48,648 nucleotides of DNA from Nemertoderma westbladi (taxonomy: Eukaryota > Animalia > Xenacoelomorpha), in NCBI GenBank assembly GCA_032718475.1, contig JAUCBJ010004255.1, forward strand, positions 1 through 48,648, in the 5' to 3' direction. Below the pieces are notes generated by a model. The model searched no databases. It saw only the letters and a program-made list of their open reading frames with translations, and had not been told where the DNA came from. The first letter of the stretch is position 1, and each line of letters starts with the position of its first letter. Shown here piece by piece: positions 10,565 through 24,000 of the stretch. The translations under genes and the position numbers were made by a program.

Positions 10565-13350
10565 GGTAGGTAGGAAGTAAGTAGGGACAATATATTTTAC
10601 AAAATCCCAATATAATAAACTCCCCTACCAAAAACCAGAAATGAAACGTTTTTTATTGTTCATTATTATTTGAGTAAATCCTTTAATATTATCTCGTTAT
10701 TAATGGCTAATACTCCATAACTCCTTACGCAATGGATTTGTTGTCTAGTTATGGGTCTAGTCTAGTTAGGCCTACTGTAACTGACTTTCATCATATCTGA
10801 AAATCTGCACCTGTATTTTCAACCGTTTAGCTATTGTAAAGTGCCAGGGCCATGTGGGTGGATACGAATGACACATTAATTCTCGCCACGCCCACTAAAT
10901 TAATTGATTAATCACATTCATTTATTAATATATCATATCTAATTGTTGGCACACTTGCGTTACTTACCGCACTGTACGGTTTTATGTAAAAACAATCTCC
11001 AAAAGAAACCATGTAGGTCTACTAACGTCGACGTCACTGTACTACAGTATGTAAGCTTGTAAGGCTACTCCCTACTGGTATTGTATCAGTTCAGTTGTAT
11101 TATAATTATATTATATCATAACAACAAAGCGCGAGAAGCAGCAACTATTCAACCCTAAACCACTTCGCTGCCTTGGGAAGATGTGATGTAAGTACATGGT
11201 GATTCTTGATATATTGAAATATGACGTATTCGATTTGGATGTCGAACGCGTGGTTAACTATAATAGACCAATGATGGATTTGGACTAATGGGAATTATAC
11301 TGTTATTATATCATGGCATATAAATTACTGAAGATTGCTGATTGTAGTACACCTTCATTTTGGATGATGAATTTATTAATTGGTAATTGTTCGTAATCCC
11401 ATTGGAACGCGAACCCAGGACCGGACAGTTCAGTAGGCCTACATAATTTCAGTTCCCTGACACCAGAAATAGCTACTTTTTATGATTGGCTACCGAACTA
11501 GCATAGGCTGATACTGTGATAGGTTTGGTACCGATAGATGTACTGGTTTTCCCTCTGTCAATTTGTGATGGTAGAATAAATGTTGACGTTGCAGTCCAGC
11601 TGTTTGTAGTTTCTGAGCTTACCGGTAGGCGATAGCCTACCAACACAATGAGCAGAAGGTAGTACCGCCTACCGGTACTGTACTGCTGTAGCATAGTAGT
11701 AGTAGCAGAGTTGTTTGATACTACTGCTAGCAGGTACAGAGGTAGGCCCTTCCGGCAGTCCGGTCTGTTGGTAGTACTACGATACTACTAATACTGCCGC
11801 AATAATCACCATCAATCCGATGCTAAGCTATTTCCGGACCGGTCAGCCGAGGCGGCGCAGCCCTTCACCCTTGGAGTCGCGTAACCGCACCGTTTGTTTG
11901 TGCAAAAGCAATACCTACTGCTGTACTGCAATAAGCCTAACGCATAAAGCAGTAAAGTACCAGTACCTAATAAGAAGGCGGCACTACTAAACTGTGCTAT
12001 GCTTAGTACAGTAGTTCTGAGGTAGGCCTACAGTACAGTACCGGCTAACCGGTACCTGGGTACAGTCAGACAGTAGTAGCTAGTCTGTTAGTTTTTTCCA
12101 TTTTGTCTGTTTGTATAAATTAGGCCGAATTGTTTACGCACGCGCTAGGTAGGCCTACCGCCTAATGGAAGAAAATAGCTACCAAATTAAGCAGCTACAG
12201 CCCTACCACAGTACCAGGAAGCAATCATCTGATCATTAGAACGGAATATTGGTAGCGGTAGTTCAGTAGTTCGAAGAAATGTATTTTTACAAATATCTAC
12301 CTACCAGCGCAGTGAGTGCTACTACCGGTACGGTAATGCAGTACTACAGTAGGCCTACCGTACGTATATACATTAATTAAAGTGTTAAGTGTAGTAATGA
12401 TGTAGGCCTAGTGTTTTTACAGGTAGTCAGGTAGTAACAAGCAAACTATGTGCCGACATGAGGCGATCTGACCGCCTGTAGGATCCGATATCGATATCTT
12501 CTACACGAAGCTCACTGCACTGTGTATGGGCAGGTGCCAGGGGCAGATGGGTATTATTTCTATCCCAAGTTCTGCATCATAATGCTGCCTCAAACATCAG
12601 GATCAGACTATAACACTACAGCACTATGGGTACATCAGTATCAGTACAGTATTTGGCAGTTTGGAGTCTCGATAACGCAAGGGCAGAAGATTCTGTTGGC
12701 ACGTGACATGAATATCACGTTAATTGCATGTCAATGCTTTAGTTATTAGTTGTACTATTGCTATATCCCATTTGCTTTGCCTCTGTGATAAACGTTGGGC
12801 CTACTGGTTGCCGCTGAGTTAGCACTTTTCTCCAATTAAGCCATTAATTTTAAATTTCTACAAAATTGAAAAAATTACCAATAACTGAAATATACACGAT
12901 GTATGCACAAGCACGCGTGCAATGCGACACGCCAAATATCCTTGAAACATATCTTTGTAAGTAACAAACAAGGTGTCGATACCATAAATGCTGGCCAGTG
13001 GCCAATATCTTCCCTGTCAGCCTGTGTAAGCTAATTCTGCTAGGGATGGTACACTGGTACAGTCACTCACTAATGGTAAGGGGAGCCTTTTCGTTGCGTT
13101 GCCTCCAGTAGTCGATAACTTAACTTCTGTTAATGTTGACAGAAAGATATATAGAATAATTTATTTATACATCTAAAAAGAGAGTTGAATACCGGTACCA
13201 CTGTTTATCAGACTTAGTGGAATTGTTACAGGATCAATCTGAAGCTGTTTCAGTTGTATATTAGGGCCTAACTACGATCTGATCAGGCTTACAACCAACG
13301 TAATATATGTGGGAACTCTAGTGCGGTTGTAGCTGGGGTCGGTACCGGTA

Positions 13351-14031
13351 ATGATGCATTTACATTTGAGTTGGACTCTACTCGTCTACTTGGTTATATT
13401 TTCTTCTCGAGATTCGAGTTGTTTCGCCAGCGAATTCACTTTCGAGTTGCCGGACAATGAGAAACAATGTTTCTACGAGGTGCGGGAGAAAGACGAAGAA
13501 TGTTTGCTCGAGTACCAAGTGGTGTCTGGCGGAAAGTACGATGTAGACATACAGGTGAGAGACCCTGGGAACAGGGTCATACACCAGGACACTAAGAAAC
13601 AGTACGACACATTCACCTGGAAGACCAGCGCGCCGGGGGCCTTTACCTTCTGTTTCAGCAATGAATTCAGCTCTTTTAGCCACAAAGTCATATTCTTTGG
13701 TATTTCGTGCGGCGATGATCCGATGTTGGGGGGTGAGGATGACGATCGGCCCGGGGCCATGACCCAGATGGAGGCCAACACACTGGCTATATTCGAATCC
13801 TTGAAGGCGGTTATAAGTTACCAGACTCACTTCAGACTCAACGAGTTTACTGGCCGACGCGTCGCCAATGGACTCCATAACCGCGTTCTTTGGTGGAGCG
13901 TCGGGGAGATAATAGTCCTCCTTTCTGTCGGAGTTGGACAGGTTTTACTTGTGCGTAGCTTCTTTTCCGACAGGAAGAACGTTGGCAGTAGGCCTAGTGG
14001 TCCGGGTGGTAAAGTCAGGATTGGGGTTTAG
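13351..14031 (+). CDS. TMED7: p24/emp24 gamma-subfamily cargo receptor (TMED3/TMED7-like), intronless CDS nested in a symplekin intron
   Basis: 226 aa with a hydrophobic signal peptide, a GOLD domain (EFTFELPDNEKQCFYE; TFCFSNEFSSFSHK), a helical region, a TM segment (RVLWWSVGEIIVLLSVGVGQVLLVR) and a cytosolic FF motif (SFFSDRK). TMED3 versus TMED7 cannot be resolved; it may be a co-orthologue of both. Confidence 0.92.
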   Translation: MMHLHLSWTLLVYLVIFSSRDSSCFASEFTFELPDNEKQCFYEVREKDEECLLEYQVVSGGKYDVDIQVRDPGNRVIHQDTKKQYDTFTWKTSAPGAFTFCFSNEFSSFSHKVIFFGISCGDDPMLGGEDDDRPGAMTQMEANTLAIFESLKAVISYQTHFRLNEFTGRRVANGLHNRVLWWSVGEIIVLLSVGVGQVLLVRSFFSDRKNVGSRPSGPGGKVRIGV

Positions 14032-14473
14032 TTTTTTAATTAAATGTTTTGTCTAAATGTGTATCAGATTAAGAGCTTCTCTGCGCAGACGTCTAGGTCT
14101 GTAGAGGGAGTGCTCTTATTCTATCATACTTTATGGGGGACTTCGCGCAACACGTGAAGAGTGAGTGACCCTTCCAGGTTCTAAGGTGTCTGTAATATTC
14201 CTTTCCTAGTGGGTTCATCTTGGCTAAATCCGCTCCTGGTAGAGTTTGAAAAAAGTTAATTAATTCAGTTCTCAGGTTAAGGAAAACATTCAACAGCTAT
14301 TAACGATGCGCGCCACGAACGCTAAACTCATGGCCTGCCCTATTCGCATCGATTACATGAAGTTATCCTCCCCCCTAAAGAACTGAAATATAATGATTTG
14401 TCATTCCATAGGTGCCCTGGTCTGATCTGGCCTGTCGTTTTGTTTTATACAACCTCGTCTAAATGATAATAAT

Positions 14474-14479
14474 AATAAA
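14474..14479 (+). promoter_or_regulatory. Candidate polyadenylation signal of the p24 gene
   Basis: AATAAA about 440 nt after the stop, followed within ~25-40 nt by a GU/U-rich tract (tgttttggtgtttggtg). Confidence 0.5.
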
Positions 14480-15099
14480 TGAACATAAATATTTAAGACA
14501 TGTTTTGGTGTTTGGTGACAACGGTTTGTACCTTTTTTTTATATTTTGTATTTATTTTGGTGAATTTCGATATAAATCAGTACACAAAGGATCGGGATAA
14601 TTAATACTTATATTTCGGTTGCTTTGGGTAGAACTGCAGTAGAATTATAGCAACTAATCATGGTTGATATTCTAGAACAATGTCTCAAAGGGCGCTATTA
14701 TCAGTTGACCCGATGGGCGCGTTAACCAGGTGTTCATTTCCAAATAAATATCATTCCTTTCTTTCACATTTATTTGCTGGACTTAAAGTAAACTACCATA
14801 ACCCGTCCCAGAAATTATTTGCACCACATCACATTTATTAGTGAATATATAATATATAAACAATTGTATGTAAATATACTCCATGTGACGCACAATATTC
14901 TCCTGATTTCGGTATGATATTCCATTTTTTAAGGACTTTTAATTATAATATTGATGTACCGGTATCATCGGCTTTCTGATTTGTCATTACTAATATTTGT
15001 ACGAATGTTACAAACAATTATGCTTTTAAATGTATTCTCGGGGTTTGGTATCTATTATTTATATGAATTATATACTTTCACCTGATGACCGCGACTTCC

Positions 15100-18000
15100 A
15101 ATAATTTATTGACACGTTTGTTGTTGAATTTAATGAAAATAATATTAACCCGCCTAGATGGTGATTCATTTGTTGAGAATAACATTAACCCACCAGTTTG
15201 CTGAGTAAGTTATTGATAATTAACATTACCCCGCCAATTTGGGTGTAATTTATTGACAATAACATTAACCCGCTATTTGGGTGTGTAATTTATTGACAAT
15301 AACATTAACCCGCTATTTGGGTGTGTAATTTATTGACAATAACATTACCCCGCCAATTTGGGTGTAATTTATTGACAATAACATTAACCCGCTGTAATTT
15401 ATTGACAATAACATTACCCAGCCATTTGGGTGTGTAATTTATTGACAATAACATTAACCCGCTATTTGGGTGTAATTTATTGACAATAACATTAACCCGC
15501 TATTTGGGTGTGTAATTTATTGACAATAACATTAACCCGCTATTTGGGTGTAATTTATTGACAATAACATTAACCCGCTATTTGGGTGTGTAATATATTG
15601 ACAATAACATTAACCCGCTATTTGGGTGTGTAATTTATTGACAATAACATTAACCCGCTATTTGGGTGTGTAATATATTGACAATAACATTACCCCGCTA
15701 TTTGGGTGTGTAATTTATTGACAATAACATTAACCCACCAATTTGGGTGTAATTTATTGACAATAACATTAACCCGCTATTTGGGTGTGTAATTTATTGA
15801 CAATAACATTAACCCGCTATTTGGGTGTGTAATTTATTGACAATAACATTACCCCGCCAATTTGGGTGTAATTTATTGACAATAACATTAACCCGCTGTA
15901 ATTTATTGACAATAACATTACCCCGCCATTTGGGTGTGTAATTTATTGACAATAACATTAACCCGCTATTTGGGTGTGTGATTTATTGACAATAACATTA
16001 ACCCGCCAATTTGGGTGTAATTTAATGACAATAACATTAACCCGCTATTTGGGTGTGTAATTTATTGACAATAACATTAACCCGCTATTTGGGTGTGTAA
16101 TTTATTGACAATAACATTACCCCGCTATTTGGGTGTTATTTATTGACAATAACATTAACCCGCTATTTGGGTGTGTAATTTATTGACAATAACATTACCC
16201 CGCCACTTTGGGTGTAATTTATTGACAATAACATTAACCCGCTATTTGGGTGTGTAATTTATTGACAATAACATTACCCCGCCATTTGGGTGTGTAATTT
16301 ATTGACAATAACATTAACCCGCTATTTGGGTGTGTAATTTATTGACAATAACATTAACCCGCTATTTGGGTGTGTAATTTATTGACAATAACATTACCCC
16401 GCTATTTGGGTGTTATTTATTGACAATAACATTAACCCGCTATTTGGGTGTGTAATTTATTGACAATAACATTACCCCGCTATTTGGGTGTTATTTATTG
16501 ACAATAACATTAACCCGCTATTTGGGTGTGTAATTTATTGACAATAACATTACCCCGCTATTTGGGTGTTATTTATTGACAATAACATTAACCCGCCATT
16601 TGGGTGTGTAATTTATTGACAATAACATTAACCCGCCAATTTGTGTGTAATTTATTGACAATAACATTAACCCGCTATTTGGGTGTGTAATTTATTGACA
16701 ATAACATTAACCCGCTATTTGGGTGTGTAATTTATTGACAATAACATTACCCCGCTATTTGGGTGTTATTTATTGACAATAACATTAACCCGCTATTTGG
16801 GTGTGTAATTTATTGACAATAACATTACCCCGCTATTTGGGTGTTATTTATTGACAATAACATTAACCCGCTATTTGGGTGTGTAATTTATTGACAATAA
16901 CATTAACCCGCTATTTGGGTGTGTAATATATTGACAATAACATTACCCCGCTATTTGGGTGTAATTTATTGACAATAACATTAACCCGCTATTTGGGTGT
17001 GTAATATATTGACAATAACATTAACCCGCTATTTGGGTGTGTAATTTATTGACAATAACATTAACCCGCTATTTGGGTGTGTAATTTATTGACAATAACA
17101 TTAACCCGCTATTTGGGTGTGTAATATATTGACAATAACATTACCCCGATATTTGGGTATGTTATTTATTGACAATAACATTAACCCGCTATTTGGGTGT
17201 GTAATTTATTGACAATAACATTAACCGGCTATTTGGGTGTAATTTATTGACAATAACATTAACCCGCTATTTGGGTGTGTAATATATTGACAATAACATT
17301 AACCCGCTATTTGGGTGTGTAATTTATTGACAATAACATTAACCCGCTATTTGGGTGTGTAATATATTGACAATAACATCAACCCGCTATTTGGGTGTGT
17401 AATTTATTGACAATAACATTAACCCGCTATTTGGGTGTAATTTATTGACAATAACATTAACCCACTACTTTGGTGTAATTTATTGACAATAACATTAACC
17501 CGCTATTTGGGTGTGTAATATATTGACAATAACATTAACCCGCTATTTGGGTGTGTAATTTATTGACAATAACATTAACCCGCTATTTGGGTGTGTAATT
17601 TATTGACAATAACATTAACCCGCTATTTGGGTGTACAATTTATTGACAATAACATTAACCCGCTATTTGGGTGTGTAATATATTGACAATAACATTAACC
17701 CGCTATTTGGGTGTGTAATTTATTGACAATAACATTAACCCGCTATTTGGGTGTAATTTATTGACAATAACATTAACCCGCTATTTGGGTGTGTAATATA
17801 TTGACAATAACATTAACCCGCTATTTGGGTGTGTAATTTATTGACAATAACATTAACCCGCTATTTGGGTGTGTAATATATTGACAATAACATTAACCCG
17901 CTATTTGGGTGTGTAATTTATTGACAATAACATTAACCCGCTATTTGGGTGTAATTTATTGACAATAACATTAACCCGCTACTTGGGTGTAATTTATTGA

Positions 18001-21000
18001 CAATAACATTACCCCGCTATTTGGGTGTGTAATTTATTGACAATAACATTAACCCGCTATTTGGGTGTGTAATTTATTGACAATAACATTAACCCGCTAT
18101 TTGGGTGTGTAATATATTGACAATAACATTAACCCGCTATTTGGGTGTGTAATTTATTGACAATAACATTAACCCGCTATTTGGGTGTAATTTATTGACA
18201 ATAACATTAACCCGCTATTTGGGTGTGTAATATATTGACAATAACATTAACCCGCTATTTGGGTGTGTAATTTATTGACAATAACATTAACCCGCTATTT
18301 GGGTGTGTAATTTATTGACAATAACATTAACCCGCTATTTGGGTGTGTAATATATTGACAATAACATTACCCCGATATTTGGGTATGTTATTTATTGACA
18401 ATAACATTAACCCGCTATTTGGGTGTGTAATTTATTGACAATAACATTAACCGGCTATTTGGGTGTAATTTATTGACAATAACATTAACCCGCTATTTGG
18501 GTGTGTAATATATTGACAATAACATTAACCCGCTATTTGGGTGTGTAATTTATTGACAATAACATTAACCCGCTATTTGGGTGTGTAATATATTGACAAT
18601 AACATCAACCCGCTATTTGGGTGTGTAATTTATTGACAATAACATTAACCCGCTATTTGGGTGTAATTTATTGACAATAACATTAACCCACTACTTTGGT
18701 GTAATTTATTGACAATAACATTAACCCGCTATTTGGGTGTGTAATATATTGACAATAACATTAACCCGCTATTTGGGTGTGTAATTTATTGACAATAACA
18801 TTAACCCGCTATTTGGGTGTGTAATTTATTGACAATAACATTAACCCGCTATTTGGGTGTGCAATTTATTGACAATAACATTAACCCGCTATTTGGGTGT
18901 GTAATATATTGACAATAACATTAACCCGCTATTTGGGTGTGTAATTTATTGACAATAACATTAACCCGCTATTTGGGTGTAATTTATTGACAATAACATT
19001 AACCCGCTATTTGGGTGTGTAATATATTGACAATAACATTAACCCGCTATTTGGGTGTGTAATTTATTGACAATAACATTAACCCGCTATTTGGGTGTGT
19101 AATATATTGACAATAACATTAACCCGCTATTTGGGTGTGTAATTTATTGACAATAACATTAACCCGCTATTTGGGTGTAATTTATTGACAATAACATTAA
19201 CCCGCTACTTGGGTGTAATTTATTGACAATAACATTGCCCCGCTATTTGGGTGTGTAATTTATTGACAATAACATTAACCCGCTATTTGGGTGTGTAATT
19301 TATTGACAATAACATTAACCCGCTATTTGGGTGTGTAATATATTGACAATAACATTAACCCGCTATTTGGGTGTGTAATTTATTGACAATAACATTAACC
19401 CGCTATTTGGGTGTAATTTATTGACAATAACATTAACCCGCTATTTGGGTGTGTAATATATTGACAATAACATTAACCCGCTATTTGGGTGTGTAATTTA
19501 TTGACAATAACATTAACCCGCTATTTGGGTGTGTAATATATTGACAATAACATTAACCCGCTATTTGGGTGTGTAATTTATTGACAATAACATTAACCCG
19601 CTATTTGGGTGTAATTTATTGACAATAACATTAACCCGCTATTTTGGTGTGTAATATATTGACAATAACATTAACCCGCTATTTGGGTGTGTAATTTATT
19701 GACAATAACATTAACCCGCTATTTGGGTGTGTAATTTATTGACAATAACATTAACCCGCTATTTGGGTGTGTAATATATTGACAATAACATTACCCCGAT
19801 ATTTGGGTATGTTATTTATTGACAATAACATTAACCCGCTATTTGGGTGTGTAATTTATTGACAATAACATTAACCGGCTATTTGGGTGTAATTTATTGA
19901 CAATAACATTAACCCGCTATTTGGGTGTGTAATATATTGACAATAACATTAACCCGCTATTTGGGTGTGTAATTTATTGACAATAACATTAACCCGCTAT
20001 TTGGGTGTGTAATATATTGACAATAACATCAACCCGCTATTTGGGTGTGTAATTTATTGACAATAACATTAACCCGCTATTTGGGTGTAATTTATTGACA
20101 ATAACATTAACCCACTACTTTGGTGTAATTTATTGACAATAACATTAACCCGCTATTTGGGTGTGTAATATATTGACAATAACATTAACCCGCTATTTGG
20201 GTGTGTAATTTATTGACAATAACATTAACCCGCTATTTGGGTGTGTAATTTATTGACAATAACATTAACCCGCTATTTGGGTGTGCAATTTATTGACAAT
20301 AACATTAACCCGCTATTTGGGTGTGTAATATATTGACAATAACATTAACCCGCTATTTGGGTGTGTAATTTATTGACAATAACATTAACCCGCTATTTGG
20401 GTGTAATTTATTGACAATAACATTAACCCGCTATTTGGGTGTGTAATATATTGACAATAACATTAACCCGCTATTTGGGTGTGTAATTTATTGACAATAA
20501 CATTAACCCGCTATTTGGGTGTGTAATATATTGACAATAACATTAACCCGCTATTTGGGTGTGTAATTTATTGACAATAACATTAACCCGCTATTTGGGT
20601 GTAATTTATTGACAATAACATTAACCCGCTACTTGGGTGTAATTTATTGACAATAACATTGCCCCGCTATTTGGGTGTGTAATTTATTGACAATAACATT
20701 AACCCGCTATTTGGGTGTGTAATTTATTGACAATAACATTAACCCGCTATTTGGGTGTGTAATATATTGACAATAACATTAACCCGCTATTTGGGTGTGT
20801 AATTTATTGACAATAACATTAACCCGCTATTTGGGTGTAATTTATTGACAATAACATTAACCCGCTATTTGGGTGTGTAATATATTGACAATAACATTAA
20901 CCCGCTATTTGGGTGTGTAATTTATTGACAATAACATTAACCCGCTATTTGGGTGTGTAATATATTGACAATAACATTAACCGCTATTTGGGTGTGTAAT

Positions 21001-24000
21001 TTATTGACAATAACATTAACCCGCTATTTGGGTGTAATTTATTGACAATAACATTAACCCGCTACTTGGGTGTAATTTATTGACAATAACATTACCCCGC
21101 TATTTGGGTGTGTAATTTATTGACAATAACATTAACCCGCTATTTGGGTGTGTAATATATTGACAATAACATTAACCCGCTATTTGGGTGTGTAATTTAT
21201 TGACAATAACATTAACCCGCTATTTGGGTGTAATTTATTGACAATAACATTAACCCGCTACTTGGGTGTAATTTATTGACAATAACATTAACCCGCTATT
21301 TGGGTGTGTAATTTATTGACAATAACATTAACCCGCTATTTGGGTGTAATTTATTGACAATAACATTAACCCGCTACTTGGGTGTAATTTATTGACAATA
21401 ACATTAACCCGCTATTTGGGTGTGTAATTTATTGACAATAACATTAACCCGCTATTTGGGTGTGTAATATATTGACAATAACATTAACCCGCTATTTGGG
21501 TGTGTAATTTATTGACAATAACATTAACCCGCTATTTGGGTGTAATTTATTGACAATAACATTAACCCGCTATTTGGGTGTGTAATATATTGACAATAAC
21601 ATTAACCCGCTATTTGGGTGTGTAATTTATTGACAATAACATTAACCCGCTATTTGGGTGTGTAATTGACAATAACATTAACCCGCTATTTGGGTGTTTA
21701 ATTTATTGACAATAACATTAACCCGCTATTTGGGTGTAATTTATTGACAATAACATTAACCCGCTACTTGGGTGTAATTTATTGACAATAACATTACCCC
21801 GCTATTTGGGTGTGTAATTTATTGACAATAACATTAACCCGCTATTTGGGTGTGTAATTTATTGACAATAACATTAACCCGCTATTTGGGTGTGTAATAT
21901 ATTGACAATAACATTAACCCGCTATTTGGGTGTGTAATTTATTGACAATAACATTAACCCGCTATTTGGGTGTAACATTAACCCGCTATTTGGGTGTGTA
22001 ATATATTGACAATAACATTAACCCGCTATTTGGGTGTGTAATTTATTGACAATAACATTAACCCGCTATTTGGGTGTGTAATATATTGACAATAACGTTA
22101 ACCCGCTATTTGGGTGTGTAATTTATTGACAATAACATTAACCCGCTATTTGGGTGTAATTTATTGACAATAACATTAACCCGCTACTTGGGTGTAATTT
22201 ATTGACAATAACATTACCCCGTTATTTGGGTGTGTAATTTATTGACAATAACATTAACCCGCTATTTGGGTGTGTAATTTATTGACAATAACATTAACCC
22301 GCTATTTGTGTGTGTAATATATTGACAATAACATTAACCCGCTATTTGGGTGTGTAATTTATTGACAATAACATTAACCCGCTATTTGGGTGTAATTTAT
22401 TGACAATAACATTAACCCGCTACTTGGGTGTAATTTATTGACAATAACATTACCCCGCTATTTGGGTGTGTAATTTATTGACAATAACATTAACCCGCTA
22501 TTTGGGTGTGTAATTTATTGACAATAACATTAACCCGCTATTTGGGTGTGTAATATATTGACAATAACATTAACCCGCTATTTGGGTGTGTAATTTATTG
22601 ACAATAACATTAACCCGCTATTTGGGTGTAATTTATTGACAATAACATTAACCCGCTATTTGGGTGTGTAATATATTGACAATAACATTAACCCGCTATT
22701 TGGGTGTGTAATTTATTGACAATAACATTAACCCGCTATTTGGGTGTGTAATATATTGACAATAACATTAACCGCTATTTGGGTGTGTAATTTATTGACA
22801 ATAACATTAACCCGCTGTTTGGGTGTAATTTATTGACAATAACATTAACCCGCTACTTGGGTGTAATTTATTGACAATAACATTAACCCGCTATTTGGGT
22901 GTGTAATTTATTGACAATAACATTAACCCGCTATTTGGGTGTGTAATATATTGACAATAACATTAACCCGCTACTTGGGTGTAATTTATTGACAATAACA
23001 TTACCCCGCTATTTGGGTGTGTAATTTATTGACAATAACATTAACCCGCTATTTGGGTGTGTAATATATTGACAATAACATTAACCCGCTATTTGGGTGT
23101 GTAATTTATTGACAATAACATTAACCCGCTATTTGGGTGTAATTTATTGACAATAACATTAACCCGCTACTTGGGTGTAATTTATTGACAATAACATTAA
23201 CCCGCTATTTGGGTGTGTAATTTATTGACAATAACATTAACCCGCTATTTGGGTGTAATTTATTGACAATAACATTAACCCGCTACTTGGGTGTAATTTA
23301 TTGACAATAACATTAACCCGCTATTTGGGTGTGTAATTTATTGACAATAACATTAACCCGCTATTTGGGTGTGTAATATATTGACAATAACATTAACCCG
23401 CTATTTGGGTGTGTAATTTATTGACAATAACATTAACCCGCTATTTGGGTGTAATTTATTGACAATAACATTAACCCGCTATTTGGGTGTGTAATATATT
23501 GACAATAACATTAACCCGCTATTTGGGTGTGTAATTTATTGACAATAACATTAACCCGCTATTTGGGTGTGTAATTGACAATAACATTAACCCGCTATTT
23601 GGGTGTTTAATTTATTGACAATAACATTAACCCGCTATTTGGGTGTAATTTATTGACAATAACATTAACCCGCTACTTGGGTGTAATTTATTGACAATAA
23701 CATTACCCCGCTATTTGGGTGTGTAATTTATTGACAATAACATTAACCCGCTATTTGGGTGTGTAATTTATTGACAATAACATTAACCCGCTATTTGGGT
23801 GTGTAATATATTGACAATAACATTAACCCGCTATTTGGGTGTGTAATTTATTGACAATAACATTAACCCGCTATTTGGGTGTAACATTAACCCGCTATTT
23901 GGGTGTGTAATATATTGACAATAACATTAACCCGCTATTTGGGTGTGTAATTTATTGACAATAACATTAACCCGCTATTTGGGTGTGTAATATATTGACA

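Noticed and set aside
13378-13878. 166-aa antisense ORF over the p24 gene, and the short ORFs overlapping TMEM53 and the RT
   Set aside because: Shadow frames of real coding sequence with no recognisable motifs.
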